Origin: Gemmatimonadota bacterium
GTDB lineage: Bacteria; Gemmatimonadota; Gemmatimonadetes; Palauibacterales; KS3-K002
Reading direction: 5' to 3'
DNA: 64,000 nt
Assembly (NCBI GenBank): GCA_039586795.1
Contig: JBDHJS010000016.1
Location: forward strand, 1-64,000
The notes beneath the pieces were generated by a model. It saw nothing but the letters and a program-made list of their open reading frames with translations. It searched no databases and had not been told where the DNA came from. Shown here piece after piece: positions 38,916 to 48,344 of the stretch. The number at the start of each line of letters is the position of its first letter. The first letter of the stretch is position 1. The position numbers were made by a program, and so were the translations under genes.

Positions 38916-39488
38916 ATGAGACACTTCGCGATGAGCAAATTCGGCAGATTGGGCTTCGCCGCTATCGGGATCGGGGTCCTTGCCGCCTGCGGCAATTCGA
39001 ACGATCCGACCCGTCCGCTACCGGAAGAGCCGATAGACCAAACGATCTACGACCTGGTGGATGGGCCAATTAACCGGCCCAGTTCGCTGAACGTGCTTGC
39101 CGGGCGAACGGGCGTTCCGAGGGTTGTACGCGTCGACAACAACGAGAATTGGGACTTCAGCTTCGGCATGCTCGATGGCGAGCCTGTCTGGCTGCCGCGC
39201 GGGTTCTTCGCTGGGTTCCCGTCATCGAGCGGTATCGTAGAGAGCGACTTCGACTTCGACGACGTGATCTTCGCCCCGGACAATATTGACGCATACGAAT
39301 TCGAGAACCCCGTCCAGATCACGGTTGGTAAGACGTACGTGCTGCGAAGCCGGCCGGACCCGGGCCTATCGATCACATGTGTGATCTATGCGAAGGCAGA
39401 AGTGTTGGCGGTCCAGGGAGATCCGGCCCGTCTGGATATCCGGGTCTTCTGGAATCCCAACTGCAACGAAACCAACCTCTCCAGTTAA
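38916..39488 (+). CDS. Hypothetical lipoprotein
   Basis: Lipobox LAAC after a hydrophobic signal; beta-rich with WDFSF and two further Cys. Confidence 0.8.
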   Translation: MRHFAMSKFGRLGFAAIGIGVLAACGNSNDPTRPLPEEPIDQTIYDLVDGPINRPSSLNVLAGRTGVPRVVRVDNNENWDFSFGMLDGEPVWLPRGFFAGFPSSSGIVESDFDFDDVIFAPDNIDAYEFENPVQITVGKTYVLRSRPDPGLSITCVIYAKAEVLAVQGDPARLDIRVFWNPNCNETNLSS

Positions 39489-39503
39489 GGCGAGCTTCTC
39501 AAC

Positions 39504-40784
39504 ATGCTCGACCTCAAGCGTCTAAGGTTCGAGACCGACTCGCTCAAAGTTCTCCTCGCAAAGCGGGACGACCCGAACCTCGCAGCTTCCATCGATGAGG
39601 TGATCTCCCTCGACGAGGAACGTCGTAGCGTCATCCAACAGGTCGAGCAACTCAAAGCGCGTCGTAACAATGCATCCAAAGAGATCGCCGAGCGGAAGAA
39701 GGCCGGCGCGGATGCCAGCGCGTTGATCGCCGAGATGAAGAAGGTCAGCAGCCAGATCGCCGACGACGACGCGAGGTTAACCGCGGCGGAGCGTCGCATC
39801 GAAGAGCTGCTACTCGTCATCCCCAACGTACCTCAAGAGGCGGTTCCCGCCGGCGGCGAGCCCGACGCCATCCGTATCCGCTCGTGGGGTGAGCCCGTGG
39901 AGGCGGCCGGGTGGATGAAACCGCATTGGGATCTCGGCACAGAGCTAGGCGTTCTGGACCTGGAACGAGGTGCGAAAGTATCAGGCTCCGGCTTCCCGGT
40001 GTACACACGCATGGGAGCGCGGCTGCAGCGTGCGCTGATCAACCTGATGATCGACATCCACGCGGGCGAGCATGGGTATACAGAGGTAGCGCCACCCTAC
40101 CTTGTACGGGGCCAGACGATGATGGGAACTGGCCAGCTACCGAAAATGGCGGATGACGCGTACCGTGTGGAAGGCGATGACCTCTGGTTGATACCGACAG
40201 CCGAAGTTCCTCTGACGAACCTGCACGGTGAAGAGGTCCTGGGACCGGACGACCTGCCGACACGTTTCGTCGGGTACACGGCTTGTTTCCGGCGCGAGGC
40301 CGGCGCAGCGGGCCGCGACACGCGAGGGATCATTCGAATTCACCAGTTCGATAAGGTCGAGCTCGTGCGCCTCGAGAGGCCTGAGGATTCGGCGGCGGCT
40401 CTGGACGAACTGACGGGTCATGCTGAGACGGTGCTGCAGCGGCTCGGGTTGGCGTATCGTGTGCTGCTTCTGGCGGCCGGCGACATGGCACAGAGCAGCT
40501 CGATGACCTATGATCTGGAAGTCTGGTCGCCGGGTGTCGAGCGTTGGCTGGAAGTGTCCTCGTGTTCGAACTGCACGGACTATCAAGCGCGGCGCGCGAA
40601 CATTCGATATCGGCGTGAGCGTGGTGGGAAGCCGGAGTTCGTGCATACGCTGAATGGTTCGGGTCTAGCGCTTCCACGCACGATCATCGCCGTCCTCGAG
40701 AACTACCAACGCGAAGACGGAAGCGTCGAGCTTCCCGAGGCGCTGCACCCCTATATGGGCTGCAAACGGATCGAGCCGGAGTGA
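39504..40784 (+). CDS. serS: Serine--tRNA ligase
   Basis: LIPTAEVP, FRREAG, HQFDKVE, EVSSCSN, HTLNGSGLA. Confidence 0.97.
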   Translation: MLDLKRLRFETDSLKVLLAKRDDPNLAASIDEVISLDEERRSVIQQVEQLKARRNNASKEIAERKKAGADASALIAEMKKVSSQIADDDARLTAAERRIEELLLVIPNVPQEAVPAGGEPDAIRIRSWGEPVEAAGWMKPHWDLGTELGVLDLERGAKVSGSGFPVYTRMGARLQRALINLMIDIHAGEHGYTEVAPPYLVRGQTMMGTGQLPKMADDAYRVEGDDLWLIPTAEVPLTNLHGEEVLGPDDLPTRFVGYTACFRREAGAAGRDTRGIIRIHQFDKVELVRLERPEDSAAALDELTGHAETVLQRLGLAYRVLLLAAGDMAQSSSMTYDLEVWSPGVERWLEVSSCSNCTDYQARRANIRYRRERGGKPEFVHTLNGSGLALPRTIIAVLENYQREDGSVELPEALHPYMGCKRIEPE

Positions 40785-41965
40785 AAGCTCGCCTCTGGTC
40801 CATAGTCCTGTCGTTGCTCTTCGGAGCGGTCCTCGTCTGGTATCTGTTCTATACGAATCAGCTAGTGAGCGCCGTCAATGCCGACGCGGCGGCGATGTCG
40901 CGGATGTACGCCCAGGTATTCAGGGGTCTGCAGGATCCGACGGGTGAACAGAGCATCAACGCGTTGTTCGAGATGCTCGCCGAGATCCAGCATCTCGGTA
41001 TCCCGGTGGTCGTCGTCGATGCGCAGGGCGAGGTGTCGGACGCCATGAACCTCCCGTTCACATTCGACCGCGGAGATCCGGCGGACCGGGATCGGGCGCT
41101 CGCCTACGCTGAGATCCTCAATCGACGGAACGATCCGATCATCGAGCCGGGAGTAGGGTCGATTCACTTTGGCATGCCAGCGGTCGTCGAGCGGTTGCGT
41201 TGGGTCCCCTGGATACAAGCCGCCACGTTGATCGTGATCGTGCTTGTCGGGATCTGGATCTTTCGGTCGACGGTTCGCGCCGAGCAGGAGCGAGTCTGGG
41301 CGACGATGGCGCGGGAGTCGGCGCACCAGTTGGGAACGCCGCTCAGTTCGCTCACCGGCTGGGTCGAGATCTTACGGATGCCGAAGGAAGAGCGCGCCGA
41401 CGTGGCGAGCGATGATCGCATAGCACACGAAGTCGAGGTCGACCTCGAGAGGCTACAGAAGGTCGCACAACGTTTCGAGCTCATCGGGCGCCGGCCGAAG
41501 ATGCAGATGATCGATGTCGGTGATGTGCTGCGCAAGCTCGAGGGCTACTTCTGCGTTCGGTTGCCGCACATGGACCGCTCGATCACTCTGGAGGTCGACG
41601 CGGCGCCAGGGCTGCCCGACATAGCCGGCAACCCGGTACTGCTCGAGTGGGCATTCGAGAACATCATCAAGAACGCGGTCGATATCCTTGCCGGTAGAGG
41701 CGGACGCATCGCCGTTCGAGCCGAACCGGTCGATAACGGCGAGTCCGTAGCCATCCACTTCCTCGACGATGGACCGGGTGTGCCCGCCGAGTTGCGAAAG
41801 TACATCTTCGATCCTGGGGTCAGCGGCAAAAAGGGCGGTTGGGGTGTGGGTCTCTCGTTGACGCGCCGGATAGTCGATACGCACGGAGGGAAGATCGAAC
41901 TCGGTCGGCCGGCGACTGGCGCCGAGTTCATCGTTTCGCTTCCCGTAGCGCCGGCGGAGGCCTGA
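40781..41965 (+). CDS. Membrane sensor histidine kinase
   Basis: Two TM helices, H-box AHQLGTP, N-box ENIIKNA, DDGPG, GWGVGL. Confidence 0.93.
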   Translation: MKARLWSIVLSLLFGAVLVWYLFYTNQLVSAVNADAAAMSRMYAQVFRGLQDPTGEQSINALFEMLAEIQHLGIPVVVVDAQGEVSDAMNLPFTFDRGDPADRDRALAYAEILNRRNDPIIEPGVGSIHFGMPAVVERLRWVPWIQAATLIVIVLVGIWIFRSTVRAEQERVWATMARESAHQLGTPLSSLTGWVEILRMPKEERADVASDDRIAHEVEVDLERLQKVAQRFELIGRRPKMQMIDVGDVLRKLEGYFCVRLPHMDRSITLEVDAAPGLPDIAGNPVLLEWAFENIIKNAVDILAGRGGRIAVRAEPVDNGESVAIHFLDDGPGVPAELRKYIFDPGVSGKKGGWGVGLSLTRRIVDTHGGKIELGRPATGAEFIVSLPVAPAEA

Positions 41966-41968
41966 GGC

Positions 41969-44242
41969 GTGTCGGCGGGTGGTGTGAAAGCTGGGGACTA
42001 TCTGGCGAGCCTGAACCCCGACCAACGAGAAGCGGTCGAGCACTTTCAAGGGCCGCTCCTCGTTCTTGCCGGCGCCGGATCGGGCAAGACGCGAGTGTTG
42101 ACCTGCCGCATCGCCCGCCTCATCGAACATCACGGCGTCGATCCCAACCTCATCATGGCCGTCACGTTTACGAATAAGGCGGCGGAGGAGATGCGAAATC
42201 GGGTGCGCGCGTTGCTCGGCAGCGAACCATCCGGCATGTGGATAGGCACGTTCCACTCGATCGGCGCCCGAATCTTGAGACGCTACGCTGGCCGCATCGG
42301 CTTCGGGCCTGGCTTCACGATCCTGGATGCGGACGACAGCCTGCGCGAGATAAAGCGCGTGATGGAAGAGCGTGATGTCCCGAAGCGTTGGAAGCCGCAG
42401 GCGGTGCAGGGGACAATATCCGGCGCCAAAGATAGACTGATCACTCCGGCGCAGTTCGCCGAGTCGGCCATCGACCCTTTCTCGCTAGTCGTGGCCGATG
42501 TCTACCCCGCTTATCAAGCGCGCTTGAAGAACGGAAATGCGTTCGACTTCGACGACTTGCTCGTGAAGCCGGTGGAGCTGTTCGAGTCCGATACGGAAGT
42601 GCTCGAGCGCTTTCAGCGTCGCTTTCAATTCGTTCTTGTCGACGAGTACCAGGACACCAACCATGCGCAGTACAGATTCCTAGAGCTGTTGGCGCGGGAG
42701 CACAACAACCTGGCTGTGGTCGGGGATGACGATCAGTCGATCTACGGATGGCGGGGCGCGGACATCCGGAACATCCTCGAGTTCGAACGCGACTTTTCGG
42801 CGGCGCACACGATCAGGCTTCAACGGAACTATCGCTCGACCCAAACGATCCTGCGTGCGGCGAACCAGGTCATTGCCGAGAACATCCATCGGAAGGGCAA
42901 GACACTCTACACCGAGAACGAGGCGGGCCCACAGATTACTCTGACGACAGCGACGGATGAGATAGACGAGGCTGAGTGGATCGTCAGGGAGATCAAGAAT
43001 CGGCTGGAGGAACCTGACGGCTTCGATCATCGCGGCGTGGTCGTCGTTTATCGAACCAACGCGCAGAGTCGAGCTCTCGAAGAGGCGTTTCGCGGTGCCG
43101 ATCTACCATACCGGATCATCGGCGGGGTGCGATTCTACGAACGACGCGAGATCAAGGATGTCATCGCCTACCTCAAGCTGATCTCGAACCCGAAGGATGT
43201 GAGCTCGTTCCTGCGTATCGTCAACTACCCGCGCCGCGGGATAGGGGACACAACACTTACACGGTTGTTGAACGCGGCCAAGGCTGCGGAGTCGTCACTA
43301 CTGGAAGCGGCACGGACGGCAACCGCAGTCGAGGGCATCCGCGCGGCGGGTGCACATGCGCTCGAGTCTTTTGCCCAGATGATTGATCGCTACCGCGCAC
43401 TCGCATCGCACACGAGCGTGCACGAGTTGCTGGGCGAGTTGATCGTCGAGCTACGCTTGCTGGAGAGCCTGCGCGCCGAGGGGTTCGAGGGCATTGATCG
43501 TGCTCAGAACGTCGAAGAGCTGGTCGCGGCAGCGTCGGAGTTCGATGCGGCCGGGGCGATGGACCAGGAAGAGCTTGAAGACGACGGCGAAGTGACGGAG
43601 CTCGATCTCTTCTTACAGAAGGTCTCTCTGATCGCGGATGTAGACAACCTGGACCCTGATGCCGATGCCGTGACGCTGATGACGCTGCATAACGCCAAGG
43701 GGCTCGAATTCCCGATGGTCGTGATATCCGGCCTCGAGGAGGGGCTGTTCCCGCTGTCGCGGTCGCATGACAGTATCGAGGAGCTTGAGGAGGAGCGACG
43801 CCTGTTCTACGTGGGGATCACTCGGGCCGAGAAGAAGCTCTACCTAACACATGCCATAAGGAGGCGTCGTGGCGGAGACTGGATGGTGTCGAGTCCGTCG
43901 AGTTTCTTGCAGCCGATCCCCGAGGATCTGCTCATCAAGCTAGAAACCGAGCGTTATTCCGATCGGATCACGAGCCGGCGGCGCGCTGCGGAATGGTCCG
44001 ACTGGGCCAATCGCGAATTCGCTGATGAGCCTGGCGGCCTTGTCTACGACTACACCGATTCACAGGACGTATCGCTGATGCCCGAACTAGCGGAGGGGAT
44101 CCGTGTGCGGCATCCTCGGTTCGGTCCGGGTGTCGTGTTGGCGCTCGACGGGTTCGGTACCGATCTGAAGGCGACGATCGAGTTCGATGATGAGGGACGG
44201 AAGAAAGTTGTCGTGAAGTACGCGAATCTGGAGTTGGAGTGA
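41969..44242 (+). CDS. pcrA: UvrD/PcrA DNA helicase
   Basis: AGAGSGKT, TFTNKAA, VDEYQD, NYRS, KGLEF, C-terminal Tudor-like HPRFGPG. Confidence 0.95.
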   Translation: MSAGGVKAGDYLASLNPDQREAVEHFQGPLLVLAGAGSGKTRVLTCRIARLIEHHGVDPNLIMAVTFTNKAAEEMRNRVRALLGSEPSGMWIGTFHSIGARILRRYAGRIGFGPGFTILDADDSLREIKRVMEERDVPKRWKPQAVQGTISGAKDRLITPAQFAESAIDPFSLVVADVYPAYQARLKNGNAFDFDDLLVKPVELFESDTEVLERFQRRFQFVLVDEYQDTNHAQYRFLELLAREHNNLAVVGDDDQSIYGWRGADIRNILEFERDFSAAHTIRLQRNYRSTQTILRAANQVIAENIHRKGKTLYTENEAGPQITLTTATDEIDEAEWIVREIKNRLEEPDGFDHRGVVVVYRTNAQSRALEEAFRGADLPYRIIGGVRFYERREIKDVIAYLKLISNPKDVSSFLRIVNYPRRGIGDTTLTRLLNAAKAAESSLLEAARTATAVEGIRAAGAHALESFAQMIDRYRALASHTSVHELLGELIVELRLLESLRAEGFEGIDRAQNVEELVAAASEFDAAGAMDQEELEDDGEVTELDLFLQKVSLIADVDNLDPDADAVTLMTLHNAKGLEFPMVVISGLEEGLFPLSRSHDSIEELEEERRLFYVGITRAEKKLYLTHAIRRRRGGDWMVSSPSSFLQPIPEDLLIKLETERYSDRITSRRRAAEWSDWANREFADEPGGLVYDYTDSQDVSLMPELAEGIRVRHPRFGPGVVLALDGFGTDLKATIEFDDEGRKKVVVKYANLELE

Positions 44243-44265
44243 GGGCAATCGTATCCGTGCGCGGA

Positions 44266-45288
44266 CTATTCACTAACGGCCCTTTTTTTACCCTTCTTCT
44301 TACGGGATCCCCTCACTCGACTCAGTCCCTGCTTCTTGGGACGGATGAGATGGGCTTTCAGATGTACGAGGTCCACCCAGATCCCTTCGGCGCCCAGCCG
44401 CTTGTCCCACCAGCCCGGTGACTCCTCCGGCAGCGCGAACCACTCGTCGGCCAGCGTTGTGAAGACGTCCTGGCGTTGGCTCTTGCGCATCCCGTACTCG
44501 CGATTGAGCATCTTGGCTTTGCCGAGCGCCCACTCGCCGGTCGGGTCCAGATAGGCTGCCACCGAGTCCTTTCGCCTGACCAGATAGTCCATCGAGAAGT
44601 CGAAGGTCAGGCGTATCCAATTTCCCACCTCATCGCCGTCGACATCCCACCGCGAGTAGTCGAGGACTCGATCGAACATCGCACGCCACGTCTGATGGTC
44701 GGCTAACCGGATCATTCCCTTGAAGATTCGCTGGTTCGTCTGAAAGCTGAACAGCGTGCGATCCAGAACGCGGTCTATGAAGCGGTCGTTGTGTGCGTGA
44801 TCGAAATCGGTGATCAGGTGATAAGCCGCTCTCAGATAGGCCTGTCCAAGGTGGACATCGAGTCGGTGTTCCCAATACGAGTGACCGATCGCCTGCGTGT
44901 TCGCCGAGGTCAGCAGCCGGCGTGGAAGGAAGTAGTTGTGGGCGATCGTATCACCGCCCAGGTGGGTCAGGTACCCAAGAGCGCACGCACGGTTGGCGTC
45001 GCTCTCCGCCATCTCGTAAAGCTCCTCTCCGACGTGCCAGTGATGGCAGTTCCGGCCGACGGGCGCGTAGTTCTTGGCGAAAGTTATGTCGGCGGCGATA
45101 CATCCGTACAGGTAATCGAGCGGATAGCGCCGCAGCATGTCCGCCACCGCTGCGGGCAGCAGGGCCAGGGCGCCGAGGACCTCTGTCCCGATAAGGATGT
45201 GCATCCCGGGTCCCCAGGCCAGGGCCGCATCGGGGATAAAGAGGATCGCGAGACCCGAAAGGCAGATGACGCTGGCCCAGCGCATCAA
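44266..45288 (-). CDS. Zinc-dependent phospholipase C family protein
   Basis: Signal peptide then mature WGPGMH; HHWH, GYLTHLGGDTIAH, HSYWE. Confidence 0.85.
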   Translation of the reverse strand: MMRWASVICLSGLAILFIPDAALAWGPGMHILIGTEVLGALALLPAAVADMLRRYPLDYLYGCIAADITFAKNYAPVGRNCHHWHVGEELYEMAESDANRACALGYLTHLGGDTIAHNYFLPRRLLTSANTQAIGHSYWEHRLDVHLGQAYLRAAYHLITDFDHAHNDRFIDRVLDRTLFSFQTNQRIFKGMIRLADHQTWRAMFDRVLDYSRWDVDGDEVGNWIRLTFDFSMDYLVRRKDSVAAYLDPTGEWALGKAKMLNREYGMRKSQRQDVFTTLADEWFALPEESPGWWDKRLGAEGIWVDLVHLKAHLIRPKKQGLSRVRGSRKKKGKKRAVSE

Positions 45289-45650
45289 CCGAGGAACTTC
45301 CTCCGCTCGCGTTGGAAAGCCTTGCGAAGGTGGCCCACTTGCTGGCGCGCCATTTCGCCGAACTCAGCACGGGCTGCTTCGAGGTTGGCGCCGATCTCCT
45401 CTTGGAAATCGGCGACCAGCTCGCGAGCCCCCGAGCGAATCTCGTCTATCGCGCTTCCGGACCGCCGAGCGCGGCGGCGGGGTCGGGCGAGCATGCCAGG
45501 GAGTCCGCGGCGCCTTCGACTACGCTTCGGTAGCCAGGTGGCGGCGATCCCTGCTCCGACGAGCGCTCCGATAGTCATCGCCATGAAGAGATGTGATCGC
45601 CCGGCGCGCTCTCCCGTATTGGCTTCGCCTCGCACGGTACTCCTCGTCAT
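45285..45650 (-). CDS. YtxH-like protein
   Basis: IGALVGAGIA-TWLPK TM motif followed by amphipathic helices. Confidence 0.7.
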   Translation of the reverse strand: MTRSTVRGEANTGERAGRSHLFMAMTIGALVGAGIAATWLPKRSRRRRGLPGMLARPRRRARRSGSAIDEIRSGARELVADFQEEIGANLEAARAEFGEMARQQVGHLRKAFQRERRKFLG

Positions 45651-45653
45651 GAT

Positions 45654-46124
45654 TTAGTCCTGGTCGGCGTCGTCATCGTCCGCGCCGCCATCGTCAGTTC
45701 GCTTTCGTCTGAGGAGTTTCGCTCCTGTTCGGATTCCGCGAAGCGCCGACGCTGTGGAGAGCAGCGTGTCTTCAACCTCGCCCTGCACGACGTCGACGAG
45801 TGCGCTGAGATCCTGGACACGATCTTCCGCTGATTCCAGTACATCTTCGAGCCGGTCGTTGGCGATGGAGATGGTCTCGCCGACGCGATCGACCTCCTTG
45901 CGAACCGACATCACCATGAAGTTGAGGTTCTCGCCGATCGCACGTGCCCGATCGAAGACGGGCCGTGCATCCCGGCCGATATCTTTGAGCGATTCGTCCA
46001 GGCGTTTGAGGCGAACGACCACCGCTGCCAGCACACGAGCCAGGACGATCATGCCGATGCCGAGCACGAATATCGAGACGATCCCGACTATCCGAATTGT
46101 CGTGAATACCCAGTCTTCCGCCAC
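45654..46124 (-). CDS. DUF948/YoxC-like helical membrane protein
   Basis: N-terminal TM helix plus long amphipathic coiled coil. Confidence 0.7.
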   Translation of the reverse strand: MAEDWVFTTIRIVGIVSIFVLGIGMIVLARVLAAVVVRLKRLDESLKDIGRDARPVFDRARAIGENLNFMVMSVRKEVDRVGETISIANDRLEDVLESAEDRVQDLSALVDVVQGEVEDTLLSTASALRGIRTGAKLLRRKRTDDGGADDDDADQD

Positions 46125-46139
46125 CGTCAGCCCTCCAGT

Positions 46140-47384
46140 CTACCCGTCACTCGCTGTCGCCGTGCGCATGACGCGCCGGTCGATCTCTCCCGCCTGTTCG
46201 AGGACGTCGCGGACCAGGAACGGTCCGATCAGATCGATGATTCCAACCGAGATAACGACCGTGGCGAAGAAGACGTCCATCGCCACCACCAGGTCCGTAT
46301 CTGCAACGTAGACAAGGACGAACGAAATCGCTATGGCTAGTGAGATTCCACCCTGCGGTGTAAGCGCGAGGCCGAATCGCCGCGGTAGCTCGAACTCGGC
46401 GGGCCGGAACTGATGAGCTAGGAGGCCGCCGATCCACTTTGCCACGATCCGCGCCCCGACGTAGGCCGCAGCAAGCGGAACGATCCACCAGGACGGGAAT
46501 TGCAGGCGTGCGCCCGCCAGCACCAATAGCATGATGTAGATCGGTTGCTGCCATTGGGAGAGCGCCGTGTAGACGCGTCGGCGGAGCGGGGAAAGGTTGC
46601 CGATCACGATGCCCGCGATCATGCAGACGAGGAGAGGCGAAAGCCTGATGTAGTACGCCGTGCCGGAGGCGAAGAGCACGAGGCCGATGAGCAGCAGCAT
46701 GAACTCCTGGCTCTTAGGCCGTATGCGGGTCAGCGACAGGAATAGAATGCCGAACAAGAGGCCGAGCAGGATCGAGATGGCCAGCCACTCGAGCAGCGAC
46801 ATAGCTGCGCCCGCACCGAATAACCCCGTGTGAAAGGCCGCGTGCGTCAATCCCAGTGCCACGATCCCCACGGCCGCGTCGAGACTTGCGACGTAAAACA
46901 GCAAGCGCGTGACCTGACCCCGAGAACCGTACGTGTTAGAGATCAAAGCGATGGCGGCGGGAGTTGATACGCACGCCGTAGCCGCAGCGGCGAGCACGAT
47001 CGCCTGGGCGGTCATCGAGAACCAGGCGTCGATTATCAGGGTCCCGATGAGCATGACTATGACGAACGCGACCGTCGCCTGAGTGAAAGTCATAAGCAGG
47101 TAGCGCCGCGGGAATTGTCGAAGGTGGTCGCGATCGAGCTGGAGCCCGAACAAGACACCAATCCAACCCAGCCCCAGCAAAAAGAGAGGGTAGAGGTTGT
47201 CGATCGCTGTTGTAGACAGGACCTTGAACAGGTGTGGGCCCAGCGCGAGTCCCAGGAACAGAAAGGGTAGGCCGATCGCGATGGAAATCCGCGGCCCCAG
47301 GGGGACCTGGCGTCGGGAGAAAGTAAACTGAGCGCCGATCAGGCCGATCAGCGCCAGAAGAAGTACGACGAGTAGTGGGCTCAC
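46140..47384 (-). CDS. Cation:proton antiporter-like membrane protein
   Basis: About 12 TM helices, ASLD, LSPLL, RIVAKWIGG, TPQGGISLA, ends AGE. Confidence 0.82.
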   Translation of the reverse strand: MSPLLVVLLLALIGLIGAQFTFSRRQVPLGPRISIAIGLPFLFLGLALGPHLFKVLSTTAIDNLYPLFLLGLGWIGVLFGLQLDRDHLRQFPRRYLLMTFTQATVAFVIVMLIGTLIIDAWFSMTAQAIVLAAAATACVSTPAAIALISNTYGSRGQVTRLLFYVASLDAAVGIVALGLTHAAFHTGLFGAGAAMSLLEWLAISILLGLLFGILFLSLTRIRPKSQEFMLLLIGLVLFASGTAYYIRLSPLLVCMIAGIVIGNLSPLRRRVYTALSQWQQPIYIMLLVLAGARLQFPSWWIVPLAAAYVGARIVAKWIGGLLAHQFRPAEFELPRRFGLALTPQGGISLAIAISFVLVYVADTDLVVAMDVFFATVVISVGIIDLIGPFLVRDVLEQAGEIDRRVMRTATASDG

Positions 47385-47737
47385 AGTCCGATGTCTTCCC
47401 CGAGCTCGGGTGCCACGCCTTCGACACGCGTGACGGGGATGGTGAATACGATTCCGGTTCCTGGCTCTGCCATGTTGCCAGCGACGTCCTGGATGACGGC
47501 GAACGCGCCACCCACTTTCTCGTCGTCGTCGATGACCGAGAAGATAGTGTAGTTCTGCGCGCGTGAGCGTGAGATCAGGGTCTGGATGCCCGCAAACAAT
47601 GGGATGTCGTGCGTGAGGATGTGCGCCATGCCCTCGCTATTGATGATCGTAGCCCCGGTAATCCCCAATTCAAGAAACCCCGACAACACGTCGTCGAGCG
47701 CTTCAGGCTGGTTGAGCACGGCTACAAGCAACTGCAT
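47381..47737 (-). CDS. Non-canonical PII-like signalling protein
   Basis: GITGATIINSEGM and GTGIVFTIPV..VEG; 118 aa. Confidence 0.82.
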   Translation of the reverse strand: MQLLVAVLNQPEALDDVLSGFLELGITGATIINSEGMAHILTHDIPLFAGIQTLISRSRAQNYTIFSVIDDDEKVGGAFAVIQDVAGNMAEPGTGIVFTIPVTRVEGVAPELGEDIGL

Positions 47738-47758
47738 AGGTGGGTTCTCCGCCGATTC

Positions 47759-48223
47759 CTACGGGTGCTCTTCGTCGAAACGCCGGATCCGCTCGATCAC
47801 CTCGTCGGCGGTCTGTGCGCTGAGAAGCTGCTCCAGAACATCGGGCTGTCTCATCAACCGGGCGATTCGGGCCAGCAGCTTGATGTGCACTCCGCTGCTT
47901 GCCGGCGGTGAGAGGAGAAGGAAGACTGTGTGAACGGGCTTTTCGTCGAGCGACATGAAATCGAGTCCGCTGGGCGAAAGCGCCAGCTCGATAACGGTGG
48001 AGTCGAGCTCAGGGTAGACCGCGTGTGGAATCGCGACACCGCCGCCGATGCCGGTCGACTGGGCAGCCTCCCGAGTCAGCAACGCTTCGAGGACGGGCTG
48101 CTCGTCGGTCACCAGTTCGTTGCTTGCCAGGTTGTGGACCATGTTGCGGAGCGTTTCCTCAACGCCTTGCGCCTTGAGGCCCAACAGCACCAGCTCTGGT
48201 CGGAGATAATGATGAAGTTTCAT
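47759..48223 (-). CDS. PTS EIIA (Ntr/fructose type) domain protein
   Basis: RE...STGIGGGVAIPH, HIKLLARIAR. Confidence 0.92.
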   Translation of the reverse strand: MKLHHYLRPELVLLGLKAQGVEETLRNMVHNLASNELVTDEQPVLEALLTREAAQSTGIGGGVAIPHAVYPELDSTVIELALSPSGLDFMSLDEKPVHTVFLLLSPPASSGVHIKLLARIARLMRQPDVLEQLLSAQTADEVIERIRRFDEEHP

Positions 48224-48306
48224 TTCAGTCTCACCGGTAAGCGAACCGCCCCTCACATAGCGGCCCCATCACCGCGGTGTCAAGAAGCCAGATCCCACAA
48301 CGAACA

Positions 48307-48336
48307 TTGACACCAGAGAACCCGGCGTTCTACGTT
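48307..48336 (+). promoter_or_regulatory. Sigma-70 promoter just upstream of murA
   Basis: TTGACA-18-TACGTT ending 8 nt before the ATG. Confidence 0.6.
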
Positions 48337-48344
48337 GGCCAGCG

